NCBI RefSeq assembly: GCF_036844465.1
Contig: NZ_DAIUFW010000009.1
Coordinates: 4,839 to 68,838 of the forward strand
Reading direction: 5' to 3'
DNA: 64,000 nucleotides
DNA from: Methylobacillus sp.
Lineage (GTDB): Bacteria > Pseudomonadota > Gammaproteobacteria > Burkholderiales > Methylophilaceae
Part shown: piece by piece, positions 36,321 through 44,816 of the stretch
Layout: the number at the start of each line of letters is the position of its first letter
How positions within the stretch are numbered: the stretch's first letter is position 1
Translations under genes and position numbers: made by a program
The notes under the pieces: generated by a model
What the model was told of the DNA's origin: nothing
What the model saw: the letters and a program-made list of their open reading frames with translations, nothing else
Databases searched by the model: none

Positions 36321-37121
36321 TCACTCGAGTACGTAGATTCGTTGGTCGGTGATGACCAAGCCTTCTTCTGGGCTGATTCGTAGGACCTTTCCGTCGAGAC
36401 CTGCTGCAGTCTGCCCAGCTCGTACGGACTTGCCACTCGAGTCCATAATCTCGCTTTCTCCCTTGAATTGAATGCCAGCAGCCTGTTTGCTGATGACGCG
36501 CATCGGCAGCGAGGTCTCGTCGATTGTTGAGGTCTGCGTTGGTGTAGGGGCGATGGGCGGCACGACCGTTTGAGCCGGGCGCGGGGGAGGAGGAGCGATT
36601 GTGGCTACGGACGGTTGAGGAGCTGCTTGTCTGGCAGGCATCGCTACTTGCGGTTTTTTTTCAACAGGTTTCTGAGGTGTTGTTTTCGTCGCGGCTTCGG
36701 AGCGTGGAGACTCCTCAATCGCACTCATTGCGTTCCCGATCAGCGGCAGCAGAGCGGCAAGCGCGGTTTCAAGTTGCTTCGTGCGTGCCTCGAGGCTTGA
36801 GACGCGATCCTGGTTGGCTTCGAACAGGGCCTTGTATGTTTCTTCCCGGTCATCAATTGAGGCGTGTAGCGCATCAAATGCATCCTGACGAACCACATCA
36901 ACAAGGGGTTGCGAGGACTGATGGACAGCACTCTGCTCTGCTGGCCGAGTCGTGGCGACGGCTGCAAACCATGCAGCGGTAGCCACAGCTACCATGGAGA
37001 TGACCAACGATGCAATCGTGATCAGCCTCAGTCGCCCGGGTGATACGAGCTCGGCATCGATAACGCGATCACTGTCCTCAGAGCCTACCCCTAGCGAACG
37101 CTCAATTTCGTCGTACCTCAT
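36321..37121 (-). CDS. Bitopic membrane protein with coiled coil, Pro-rich linker and C-terminal beta-rich domain
   Basis: TM segment LITIASLVISMVAVATAAWFAAV and Pro-rich stretch PPPPRPAQTVVPPIAPTP. ATGA overlap with the upstream gene. Confidence 0.6.
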   Translation of the reverse strand: MRYDEIERSLGVGSEDSDRVIDAELVSPGRLRLITIASLVISMVAVATAAWFAAVATTRPAEQSAVHQSSQPLVDVVRQDAFDALHASIDDREETYKALFEANQDRVSSLEARTKQLETALAALLPLIGNAMSAIEESPRSEAATKTTPQKPVEKKPQVAMPARQAAPQPSVATIAPPPPRPAQTVVPPIAPTPTQTSTIDETSLPMRVISKQAAGIQFKGESEIMDSSGKSVRAGQTAAGLDGKVLRISPEEGLVITDQRIYVLE

Positions 37122-38098
37122 CAGTCCTGCTCCTTACGTTCCGGTGTGTTATTTGCTGTCCTAAGCGACCCGATCAAGGCCTCAATGCTTGATAGCGCTG
37201 TAATTTTTCCATTGGCTTCCGCAAGCTGTTCTCTCAGTCCGGCGCTCTCCTTGCGGCAATCTCGCAGTTCTTCCCGTGCTTTTTTCTCATTTATTTGAGC
37301 GCCTTCAAGCGCTTGTTTAAGCGAGCTTTCTTTCCTGACGAACTCCTGTCGAAGGTCGTCTGTTTGCTTCAAAAGATGCTTTCGGTCGCCGTCTGCTCGG
37401 TCATCGGCAAGCTTCATCTGCCGCTCGGCTTCCGCCCTTAGCTCGGCAACCAAGGCTTGGTGACGCTCAGTCAGGGAGGCGAGCGCGACCTCGTGACGTT
37501 CCGTCGCTGATGCGAGCAAGCGATCACCACGCTCGCGTTCAGCCTGGACGCTGCCCTCAAGTTCGCCAATCCGTCTCTGGTAATGGGCGATCTCGGCGTG
37601 CAGGTTCTCGTTGCGCTCCGTGAGGTGCTGGACCTCTTCTGTGAGCGCCTGGATGCGCTCTGTGCGCTCAGCACACATACGCTCGAGGCCGGCAAGCTCC
37701 TTCTGCAGCAGTAGAGCCTTCTGTACGAAGTCATCTGCGGTCGCCCGTAGGGCCTTGTTTTCTTCCTCGAGCGCGTCTTCCTTACGCTCCAGGTCAGCCC
37801 GAGCTGCCTCGAGATTCTTGGTGGCTCCGTCCAGGGCCAGATCCCATGATGTACGCGCGAACTCATTGAGCAGATCGACCAAGGGGTCAGGCACTCCTGG
37901 CATGCGTGAGAGCGTGAGCTTTTCGTGCAGGTTTGCCGCTTCTGTCTTGACCTCGGCAATGAGCTTCCTGACCACATCTGCGCCGCCTCTGCGGCCGATT
38001 TTGGTGTAGATCGCCTCGAATGTTGGATTTCCTCCTTCGGCGAGAACTTCGAAGAAGGCGTTCCGAACGTCCTCGAAGGAAACTGCGGTGGCTCTCAT
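37121..38098 (-). CDS. KfrA-like DNA-binding coiled-coil protein
   Basis: KfrA_N-like N-terminus (VSFEDVRNAFFEVLAEGGNPTFEAIYTKIGRRGGADVVRKLIAEVK) followed by about 250 aa of heptad-rich coiled coil. Confidence 0.65.
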   Translation of the reverse strand: MRATAVSFEDVRNAFFEVLAEGGNPTFEAIYTKIGRRGGADVVRKLIAEVKTEAANLHEKLTLSRMPGVPDPLVDLLNEFARTSWDLALDGATKNLEAARADLERKEDALEEENKALRATADDFVQKALLLQKELAGLERMCAERTERIQALTEEVQHLTERNENLHAEIAHYQRRIGELEGSVQAERERGDRLLASATERHEVALASLTERHQALVAELRAEAERQMKLADDRADGDRKHLLKQTDDLRQEFVRKESSLKQALEGAQINEKKAREELRDCRKESAGLREQLAEANGKITALSSIEALIGSLRTANNTPERKEQD

Positions 38099-38538
38099 CG
38101 AGTGGCCCCTTTCGAGCGAATGGCGAGGTGCCCTGAGACAAGGCAGGCCATCGAGGTGAGGAGTACTACCGCACAGAAGGGCAGGTTGGTACGCGGGGCG
38201 ATCTCGGGCGCGTAGTGCGGCATCAGGATCAGGGCCAAAGCGCCGATGGCGATCACTCCTGTAAGGATGTGGCTCAGGCCTACCGCCCAGCGCTTCCTCT
38301 GTTGCAGGCCGTAGCCCGCAAAGGCGCTTAGGACGGTGGTCCCGAGGAACGCAGCAGAGAGGCTACCGCTCAGGAGCGGGGCGTAACCGCGCACGGCCAT
38401 CGCCGCCAGCATCGTGCTCAAGAAGACGAATACGGTGGCTGCCACGAAGTGCCATGTCACGGTGAGGCCGCTATAGGTGTTTGCTGTCTGTTCAGAGGTC
38501 ATGGCTTGGGTCCTTGTCCTTGAGTTTTTGGAGTTCAC
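38095..38538 (-). CDS. Polytopic membrane protein
   Basis: 147 aa with about 4 TM segments. Overlaps its neighbours. Confidence 0.55.
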   Translation of the reverse strand: MNSKNSRTRTQAMTSEQTANTYSGLTVTWHFVAATVFVFLSTMLAAMAVRGYAPLLSGSLSAAFLGTTVLSAFAGYGLQQRKRWAVGLSHILTGVIAIGALALILMPHYAPEIAPRTNLPFCAVVLLTSMACLVSGHLAIRSKGATR

Positions 38539-38968
38539 GTATTTGCTGCGGCAGCCGGGTGAGGGCCAATGCCGTCAGCAGCGGAGAGACTGATGCGCCG
38601 AGCGCTGACGAGATCGTTTCGATCGTCGTGGCAGGGAGGAGCGTGAGCAGGAGCAGCCATGAAGCGCCATCGCTCAACGCGGAGCTGCCTGCCAGGTAGC
38701 GACACAGGTACTCGCATAGGCGAACGCACGCCACCAGGAACAAAGCTGCGAGCAGGACTGTGGCCACCAGCTGCATCACCGTCAGGGGCCAGGATCGAAG
38801 GGCTGAGCCAAGTGCGAGCGTCAGCACGTTGAGCGTGAACAGGTGGATGAACAGGCCTCGGTGAGCGGTCGGTGGACGCCTCGAGACCGCACGGCCAGCC
38901 AAAAGCAGGGCGCCGTGATGCAGGAAGGCTCGCACTAGCCTGAGCCAAGCGGAAAAAGCGCTGCGCAC
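38492..38968 (-). CDS. Polytopic membrane protein, first gene of the operon
   Basis: 158 aa with about 4 TM segments. Preferred over the Arg/Pro-rich alternative frame 38535-39074. Confidence 0.45.
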   Translation of the reverse strand: MRSAFSAWLRLVRAFLHHGALLLAGRAVSRRPPTAHRGLFIHLFTLNVLTLALGSALRSWPLTVMQLVATVLLAALFLVACVRLCEYLCRYLAGSSALSDGASWLLLLTLLPATTIETISSALGASVSPLLTALALTRLPQQIRELQKLKDKDPSHDL

Positions 38969-39179
38969 GTCCCGTTGTCCTCAGATTTGTGTGGATAAGT
39001 GTGTGGGAAAGGGCCGGCAGCCCTTGTCGCCCCTTGGGTTCGTCGGTTGCTGCATTTTGCGTCAGTGCGCTCACTGGATTCTCGATCTGATTGTAGTGCT
39101 AAGGACTCTGATTGTATCGGATTTTTCCAAACGTTTTTCGGACGTCAAACGTCCAAAACTTATTAGTTATGGTCAGTTG

Positions 39180-39206
39180 GTTCCCATAACCCCCCATTAT
39201 GGGAAC
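39180..39206. repeat. Perfect 10-bp inverted repeat with 7-bp spacer (candidate tyrosine-recombinase core site)
   Basis: GTTCCCATAA-cccccca-TTATGGGAAC. A G8 tract follows at 39214-39221. Confidence 0.5.
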
Positions 39207-39341
39207 TTTGGAAGGGGGGGGCATGGAAGATGGCGGTTCTAAAACACTTAAGGCGGTGGCCTTTGATTGCCCATGAATCAATTAAAATCAAATGTTTAAG
39301 TTTGTATTAATAGACGCCGATGTCTAAAATAGAGGCCTAGA

Positions 39342-39389
39342 TTTCAAGATTCAGTGACACAGATGGCCGTAAGTTCAGAATTCAGTGAC
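39342..39389 (+). repeat. Two 17-nt direct repeats, start-to-start spacing 31 bp, upstream of the HTH-recombinase operon
   Basis: tTTCAaGATTCAGTGAC (39342-39358) and gTTCAgAATTCAGTGAC (39373-39389). Confidence 0.55.
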
Positions 39390-39406
39390 CCGCGGGTTGA
39401 TCGCCG

Positions 39407-39949
39407 ATGATCAGAGAGCGCACGCAACGGTTGGCCAGGAACGAACTGCGCGAAGCAGCTTCCGCGAAAGGCTGGTCGCTCTCGAACCTTGCGTATCGAT
39501 GGGGGGTTACGGTCCGTCATCTGAGCCGCGTCTTCACGGGAGATGAAGTTGAGCAGCGATGGGTCGATGCGGTTAATGGGTTGCCTGTTCTTACGCGGGC
39601 CGAAGCGCGGTTCATGAAGATCAGTCGGCTTGCACAGCAGAAGACCAAGCCCGATCTCGAGGTGGGCCCAGGTGCCACTGGGATCTTCGAGGATGAACCG
39701 GCTGAGGAAACAGTTTCTGGCGAGCCGCTCTACTCATTCCTTTGTCCAGGAGCGATCCTGATTGCCACGGAGTCGAGAGGGGAGATCGAGGAGGGTGAGG
39801 AGTGGGTCGTTGCGGAAGTAAAAAAACTCTTCGCCGGCGGGTGCATGGTGGCTGTGCGACGATGGGATGGTGACGATCTGGTCTGGTTCGAATCGGAAGA
39901 GGATTTGTGGTCCTGCATGGTCGAAACCGGCCGGGAGGAAGGTGCTTGA
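39407..39949 (+). CDS. HTH DNA-binding protein (possible recombination directionality / regulator)
   Basis: GWSLSNLAYRWGVTVRHLSRVF. The stop overlaps the recombinase ATG (TGATG). Confidence 0.5.
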   Translation: MIRERTQRLARNELREAASAKGWSLSNLAYRWGVTVRHLSRVFTGDEVEQRWVDAVNGLPVLTRAEARFMKISRLAQQKTKPDLEVGPGATGIFEDEPAEETVSGEPLYSFLCPGAILIATESRGEIEEGEEWVVAEVKKLFAGGCMVAVRRWDGDDLVWFESEEDLWSCMVETGREEGA

Positions 39950-41067
39950 TGATCGGTGATGTGGATCTGGTTCAGAAGGGGCAGGTTACAAGGCTGGAGG
40001 AGGCCGCTCCCGATCGTCTGCCTCGAGCCTTGGTACGCGCCAACAGCGACGAAGAGCTAATTCGCCTCTGGCTCGACGCCGTAGGCGCCGCCTCTGAAAA
40101 CACCATGGCTGCGTACAAGGCAGAAACACTGCGCTTTCTGGCATGGATGAAGACGCGGTCAATTTCGCTTGATGGACTTGTCTATGAAGATCTCCAGGAT
40201 TTCGAAGAGTGGCTCCGGAACCCTCCTGCCGATCTGATCGGTCCTCGACGGCCGATTGGCTCGCCAGATTGGCGTCCCTTTGCCAGCGCAGGGCTTTCCT
40301 CTACCTCGGTGGAGAGGGCGCTGAGCGTGATCGCGAACCTTTACTCGTTCCTGCATGAAAGCAGGCGAGTCAGCATGAACCCGGTTAAGTTCTACCGTGC
40401 TTGGCAGAAGAACGCGCGCAAAAAAAACCGTAGCCAGCGAACGCGGAAGCAGTTGGAGTCGTCTGTCGAAAGCGCGGTCAGGCAGTGGCTCGATGATGAA
40501 GCAGGAGCCAGTATTTCCGATCGATGGTCTGTTGGGGCCTTGTATTTTCTCGGGTTGCGTGTAAGCGAACTGTGCTCAGCCAGGATGAGCGATCTCTTTG
40601 TGTCAGACGGTGCCTGGTTCTTGGCGGTGGTCGGGAAAGGGCTTAAGCGGCGCGACGTTGCAGTGAGCAAGGTCTGTTTGAGGTTGCTTGCCGCGTACCG
40701 CTTGGACGTCGGGTTGAGTCCCGAGCCCAGGGGTGAAGACTGGCCGCTTGTAGGTTCGAAATGGGACCCTAAAAAACCCATCACGCGACGGGCTATGCAT
40801 AAGCGGATCGTTGCGGCGGGCCTTGATGCTGTATTCGATGAAAATAGCCCGAGGGGACTGTCGGCGAATCTGCACCCTCACCTGTATCGTCACGCCGCCG
40901 CGAGCCGGTGGATTCGCCAGGGAGCTAACTTGATTTCAGTGCGAGACCAGCTTGGCCATAGTTCTGTGACAACAACGGAGATCTATGCGCATCGACCTGA
41001 CGCAGCTCGACATGCAGATACAGCAGGGGCCGATGACATCGAGAGCGCGAAGGAGATAGGGCGCTAA
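39949..41067 (+). CDS. Tyrosine recombinase (XerC/D-like)
   Basis: C-terminal HPHLYRHAAAS...GHSSVTTTEIYAH (H-x-x-R ... Y). The N-terminal SAM-like domain has a phage-integrase core-binding pattern. Confidence 0.85.
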   Translation: MIGDVDLVQKGQVTRLEEAAPDRLPRALVRANSDEELIRLWLDAVGAASENTMAAYKAETLRFLAWMKTRSISLDGLVYEDLQDFEEWLRNPPADLIGPRRPIGSPDWRPFASAGLSSTSVERALSVIANLYSFLHESRRVSMNPVKFYRAWQKNARKKNRSQRTRKQLESSVESAVRQWLDDEAGASISDRWSVGALYFLGLRVSELCSARMSDLFVSDGAWFLAVVGKGLKRRDVAVSKVCLRLLAAYRLDVGLSPEPRGEDWPLVGSKWDPKKPITRRAMHKRIVAAGLDAVFDENSPRGLSANLHPHLYRHAAASRWIRQGANLISVRDQLGHSSVTTTEIYAHRPDAARHADTAGADDIESAKEIGR

Positions 41068-41068
41068 C

Positions 41069-41398
41069 TCACTTCTTGGGCAGGTGAGCGGTCTTCGTTG
41101 CCTTGAAGAGGGGAAGAGAGCGCTTGCCTGTGAAAAAAACGCCTTCCTCTGCAACCAACCCGGAGTGGCTCAGTTTTCTGACCTCTGCTGCGGCCACTTT
41201 GACGCTGACTTTCAACTCGTCAGCGAGCTCCGGCACCGTAAGCGGCTGTTCTGTTAAAACGCGAAGAACAGTGTCTCTGAAACTTGCCCGAGCTGGACTG
41301 GGCGGGGTGCGGACGGCATCTTCAACGAGGATTCTTCGAACTGGAGCTGCGGAGGGGCGCTGCGGAAGTGGTGTCAGGCCCAAGAGATGAGCAATCAT
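41069..41398 (-). CDS. Winged-helix DNA-binding protein
   Basis: DTVLRVLTEQPLTVPELADELKVSVKVAAAEVRKLSHSGLV. Confidence 0.5.
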   Translation of the reverse strand: MIAHLLGLTPLPQRPSAAPVRRILVEDAVRTPPSPARASFRDTVLRVLTEQPLTVPELADELKVSVKVAAAEVRKLSHSGLVAEEGVFFTGKRSLPLFKATKTAHLPKK

Positions 41399-42369
41399 CA
41401 GGCAAGAAAGACTTCAAAACGCTCAACCAGCTTATTGAACTCATCCGTCTGAAGGGATGTTATTGGCTCTTTGCCGGACTCGATCGCCTTCAGGCGCTCA
41501 ACGGTGATCCCAAGTGCTGCTGCAAGCTTCACATCATCGTTCGGAGTGATCGACAAGCGATGACGCCAGTCTGAAAACAGGGTCTTGATCTTCTGAGGGT
41601 AATCGGAGTTTGCGCTGCTGGCATATCGCAGTTCCCGAGCAGAGATGAGCACCTCAGCAGGAACATTGGCTCTGCCATACAAGTAGCTCGTCAAGCGATC
41701 ACGCGGGATGTTCAGGGCGAGAGCGTAGTCGTCAATCTTGATACCAAGTTCGCCGCGGATAGCCGCTAGTTCCGCCTGCTCAGGGGAGAGGTCGGTTCTT
41801 GGTTTTTTCTCGCTCGTTTCGACTTTGATGACGCCTTGTTGGACGCTATTAGAGACAAAGCCGACGACTTGTCGAGGCTTCTTGGTCTTGGTGGTCATTG
41901 CGACGATTTCCCTGTGCAAGAGGTCTTCCGCAAGTTTTTCAGAAAACTTGGAGCGCGCGAAAGCTGTTGCGCTGCCTTCGTCAAGCGGCAAAAGGCTTGT
42001 ATCAGCCTCTTCGGCGCTGATTCTATCCTCTTCCCCTGGTTCTTGGTTCTCGCTTCGTTGGGAGTCAAGGATCTCGCGGCTGGGGTAAAGGCGCCGTATC
42101 GTCTGGGATGAACGCCATGCGATGGTGTACCAGAAGCTGTAGAAGCCTTCAGGCTCGTCGATCTTGTCAAGGAGCTTGTAGATGACCAGAACTGACTCTT
42201 GGAACAGTTCTTCGGAGAGCGATGGTCGCACTCCGGTTTTACGTACGACTACTTTGACGATGTAACGAGCGCGGGAATCCTGATAGAGGTAGCAGAGAAA
42301 ATTGTCTGCAGTAAGGCTTCCCGCGCGATAGGCCTTGATCGCATCTACTGCTGTGAGAAATTTCGGCAT
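41398..42369 (-). CDS. Sigma-70 region-2-like domain fused to two XRE-type HTH modules
   Basis: N-terminus: SEELFQESVLVIYKLLDKIDEPEGFYSFWYTIAWRSSQTIRR. C-terminus: LAAIRGELGIKIDDYALALNIPRDRLTSYLYG and LAAALGITVERLKAIESGKEP. Confidence 0.45.
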   Translation of the reverse strand: MPKFLTAVDAIKAYRAGSLTADNFLCYLYQDSRARYIVKVVVRKTGVRPSLSEELFQESVLVIYKLLDKIDEPEGFYSFWYTIAWRSSQTIRRLYPSREILDSQRSENQEPGEEDRISAEEADTSLLPLDEGSATAFARSKFSEKLAEDLLHREIVAMTTKTKKPRQVVGFVSNSVQQGVIKVETSEKKPRTDLSPEQAELAAIRGELGIKIDDYALALNIPRDRLTSYLYGRANVPAEVLISARELRYASSANSDYPQKIKTLFSDWRHRLSITPNDDVKLAAALGITVERLKAIESGKEPITSLQTDEFNKLVERFEVFLA

Positions 42370-42375
42370 CTCTGT

Positions 42376-42648
42376 TTAGTGTGAGCAGTTGGCCTTTTTG
42401 GTCCAGACACGCCCCAGGGATTCGGCCATCTCGCGGAACTTGCTGTGCTCATCTGCGTCAAGGCTGCGATTCGAGAGGCAGGAGATCACTGTGATCAGTA
42501 GATCGACAGCTTCAACAGGTTCAGAAACAGACTCGAGCGCAGTAACGCTCCTGGTGCAGAGCGTGCCGAAGTCCATTTCGGTCTGCCCTGGCTCAAAGCC
42601 AAGGAGGGCTTTGCCGATAGCGTCAGTGAGCGATGCTTCTTGATGCAT
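42376..42648 (-). CDS. Hypothetical protein
   Basis: 90-aa ORF, 6 nt upstream of the next gene on the same strand. Confidence 0.4.
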   Translation of the reverse strand: MHQEASLTDAIGKALLGFEPGQTEMDFGTLCTRSVTALESVSEPVEAVDLLITVISCLSNRSLDADEHSKFREMAESLGRVWTKKANCSH

Positions 42649-42844
42649 GGTCGTCCTCTTGTGGTTTTACTATGAAATTCTGTGTGCACAATTCGTACCT
42701 AGTAAAAGGAATTTTACATGCGCAGAGGATTTCGTCCAGCAAACACAAGGGCATTTTTGCAGCGCAGCGCAACGCCTCCTTTCTTGACTTGCGCGCAGTG
42801 CTTTGGTAGGAAAGTGTTATATAAAGTACTGCTAGAACAGTAGC

Positions 42845-43675
42845 TTATATGACTTTCGTCATAGAGACGATGCGTTTTGAGATCATTGCGGCGCGGTAGA
42901 GGCCAAGCCGCTCTGCTGTGACCGCTGCGTCTTGCCTAGAGCGCGTACCAAGTTTTTCGTTGGCTCTGCGGAAGATGTTGTTCACGGTGGTTGTAGTCAT
43001 TTTCTGCATGGCCGCGATGTCTTTCGTAGAGAACCCCCTCCGTGCGAGGCTGAGAAGCTCAAGCTCAGTTTCCGTTAGGGGAAGAACTCGATTTCGTTCT
43101 TCAGCTTCCCTTTGCGCCTCCAGCCAGATCGCAGCCTCCTGCCCGATTGCTGCAACGATCGGTACCGCCTCTTCGAGAGTCTTGCGTGATAGCTCTTGGT
43201 TGTTCCCAGCGTACAAGAGGGCCAGACGGTCCTGAGCAAGATGAATCGGGACGACCACTCCGTAGGGGAACAGGGAACCGTAGAACTCCTTCAAGAATTC
43301 TTTCTGGCCAGTTGACACACCATCAACGTCGTACGGCACAAAGATTGGGGTGTTTGAGTGCTGAGTATGCAGAACGAACGGATCAATGAGCGCCCAGTTG
43401 TTCTTCGCGTACCGGGGCATCCATCCGGTCGCGTCTGAACTCATGGCTAGGACGCTGGTTCCACCGAACAGGCCATCTGTTTCCTTGGACCCAATCATCA
43501 AGAACCATGAACGCATTCCGGCGACTGTCAGCGCAGCAGAAACCAATACCTCAACCTCCGCCTCGGACTGCATGTACCGCAGTTTGCGAAGGGCACTCAT
43601 GAATGGGTCGGTGCGCCGACGCGCCTGGGCTGGATGCATCAGTATTTTGGTGTCATTTTTACTGAATTTTACCAT
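42845..43675 (-). CDS. LuxR-family regulator (autoinducer-binding-like N-domain plus LuxR HTH), solo
   Basis: C-terminus: LTETELELLSLARRGFSTKDIAAMQKMTTTTVNNIFRRANEKLG. N-terminus: W..Y....W..IDP pattern. Confidence 0.75.
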   Translation of the reverse strand: MVKFSKNDTKILMHPAQARRRTDPFMSALRKLRYMQSEAEVEVLVSAALTVAGMRSWFLMIGSKETDGLFGGTSVLAMSSDATGWMPRYAKNNWALIDPFVLHTQHSNTPIFVPYDVDGVSTGQKEFLKEFYGSLFPYGVVVPIHLAQDRLALLYAGNNQELSRKTLEEAVPIVAAIGQEAAIWLEAQREAEERNRVLPLTETELELLSLARRGFSTKDIAAMQKMTTTTVNNIFRRANEKLGTRSRQDAAVTAERLGLYRAAMISKRIVSMTKVI

Positions 43676-43761
43676 TGCTTGTTTTTGCTATCTGTGAACT
43701 GTTTCTCACCTCTAGCGGCCGTGGTCGCCAACACACCTGTCGAGTTCTTATCGTTGAGGTC

Positions 43762-43805
43762 GCATTACCTTCGTGCAGATCAACGCCTGAATAAGGAGAT
43801 GAAAC
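43762..43805 (+). promoter_or_regulatory. Conserved leader module upstream of primase gene
   Basis: GCATTACCTTCGTGCAGATCAAC. Pairing 43763-43771 / 43793-43801 gives 8 of 9 bp against the SD. Confidence 0.55.
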
Positions 43806-44816
43806 ATGTACGAAGAAGTCAGGAAGCAAGTTCCGCTGTCGTCGTTCTTGGCATCAATACTGGGGGAGCCGGTGGAGACAAGAACTGGGCCTCGCTGGTC
43901 CAGCTGCCCTCACTGCGGTCCAAGTGAGCACGATTCCAGAAAGACGACTCTTTCTGGGAAAGGAGAGTTTTTTCGGTGCTTCGCGTGTGGGTCACATGGA
44001 GATGTGATTGAGGCAGCGGCTTTGTACTACCGCTGCTCTCACAAGGAAGCAGCAGCTAAGCTTGCCGGAGACGCACGGGTTGTTGTCCCGTTTCGCCATA
44101 GTAGGAGAGCGGCCATTCCTTCGTCTCCGGACGCTGGCTTGGTTGCTGAGGCAATGCAGAAGCTACTGGATGCTCAGGCTGGATACTGGGACTACAACGT
44201 AGTCACCTACCTCACTCAGGAGCGAGGGCTGCCAATGCCACTGTTGAGGGAGGCTCACGATAAAGGGTATCTCCGGATGCTCTCGTCCGATGTGGGAATC
44301 GCAGCAAGCCAGGTGGCCCGCACTGTCGGGAATAAACTGTTGTTGGCAAGCGGGTTGCTTAGTCCGGAAAAGAAGCTCCCTGCTATCGTCTATCGACCGA
44401 TCATGTTCGGGTTTCCCGGTAATGATGCGGTTGAATTCCGTCGCCTCCCTGGTGAGTCATACGGGCCAAAGGCGCTGCGACATGGGAGCGTACTCATGCC
44501 GTGGCGATGGAACGAAGGCAGGGGTACGGTTGCGCTGGTGGAAGGTCTGATAGACCTGTTGTCACTTGTGGCAATGGGGTACGAGGACGAGGTGATTGCT
44601 GTTCCAGGTTGCCGGCAGTGGAACCATGCATGGAATCCGCTCCTTGCAGATCGGACTGTAATCATCAAGTTCGACCCTGATGGACCAGGTCAGACTGCAG
44701 CAGCAGACCTATCAAGTGAACTTCAGTCTGAGGGAATTCGTGCATGGGTCGATTGCCCCAAGGACGGAGATATCAATGACGTGCTGCTGGCTTCGTTGCG
44801 ACGGAGGGTGGCATGA
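43806..44816 (+). CDS. DNA primase-like protein (CHC2 zinc finger plus Toprim)
   Basis: CPHCG...FRCFACGSHGDVIEAA zinc finger. C-terminal Toprim acidic motifs (VEGLIDLLS, FDPDGPG). Confidence 0.7.
   Translation: MYEEVRKQVPLSSFLASILGEPVETRTGPRWSSCPHCGPSEHDSRKTTLSGKGEFFRCFACGSHGDVIEAAALYYRCSHKEAAAKLAGDARVVVPFRHSRRAAIPSSPDAGLVAEAMQKLLDAQAGYWDYNVVTYLTQERGLPMPLLREAHDKGYLRMLSSDVGIAASQVARTVGNKLLLASGLLSPEKKLPAIVYRPIMFGFPGNDAVEFRRLPGESYGPKALRHGSVLMPWRWNEGRGTVALVEGLIDLLSLVAMGYEDEVIAVPGCRQWNHAWNPLLADRTVIIKFDPDGPGQTAAADLSSELQSEGIRAWVDCPKDGDINDVLLASLRRRVA

Noticed and set aside
38990-38998. A perfect DnaA box (TGTGGATAA, the complement of TTATCCACA) upstream of the bactofilin operon.
   Set aside because: It is a single 9-mer. 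About 0.5 occurrences are expected by chance in 64 kb on both strands, and there is no cluster or adjacent AT-rich unwinding element.
38535-39074. A 179-aa ORF overlapping the first operon gene in another frame.
   Set aside because: Its composition is Arg/Pro/Ala-rich and typical of an off-frame read. The 38492-38968 frame gives a coherent 4-TM membrane protein.
43728-43760. A possible lux-box (ACCTGTCGAG...TTGAGGT) between the LuxR solo and the primase gene.
   Set aside because: Only the outer 4 bp of each arm are complementary, far from the 20-bp lux-box dyad.
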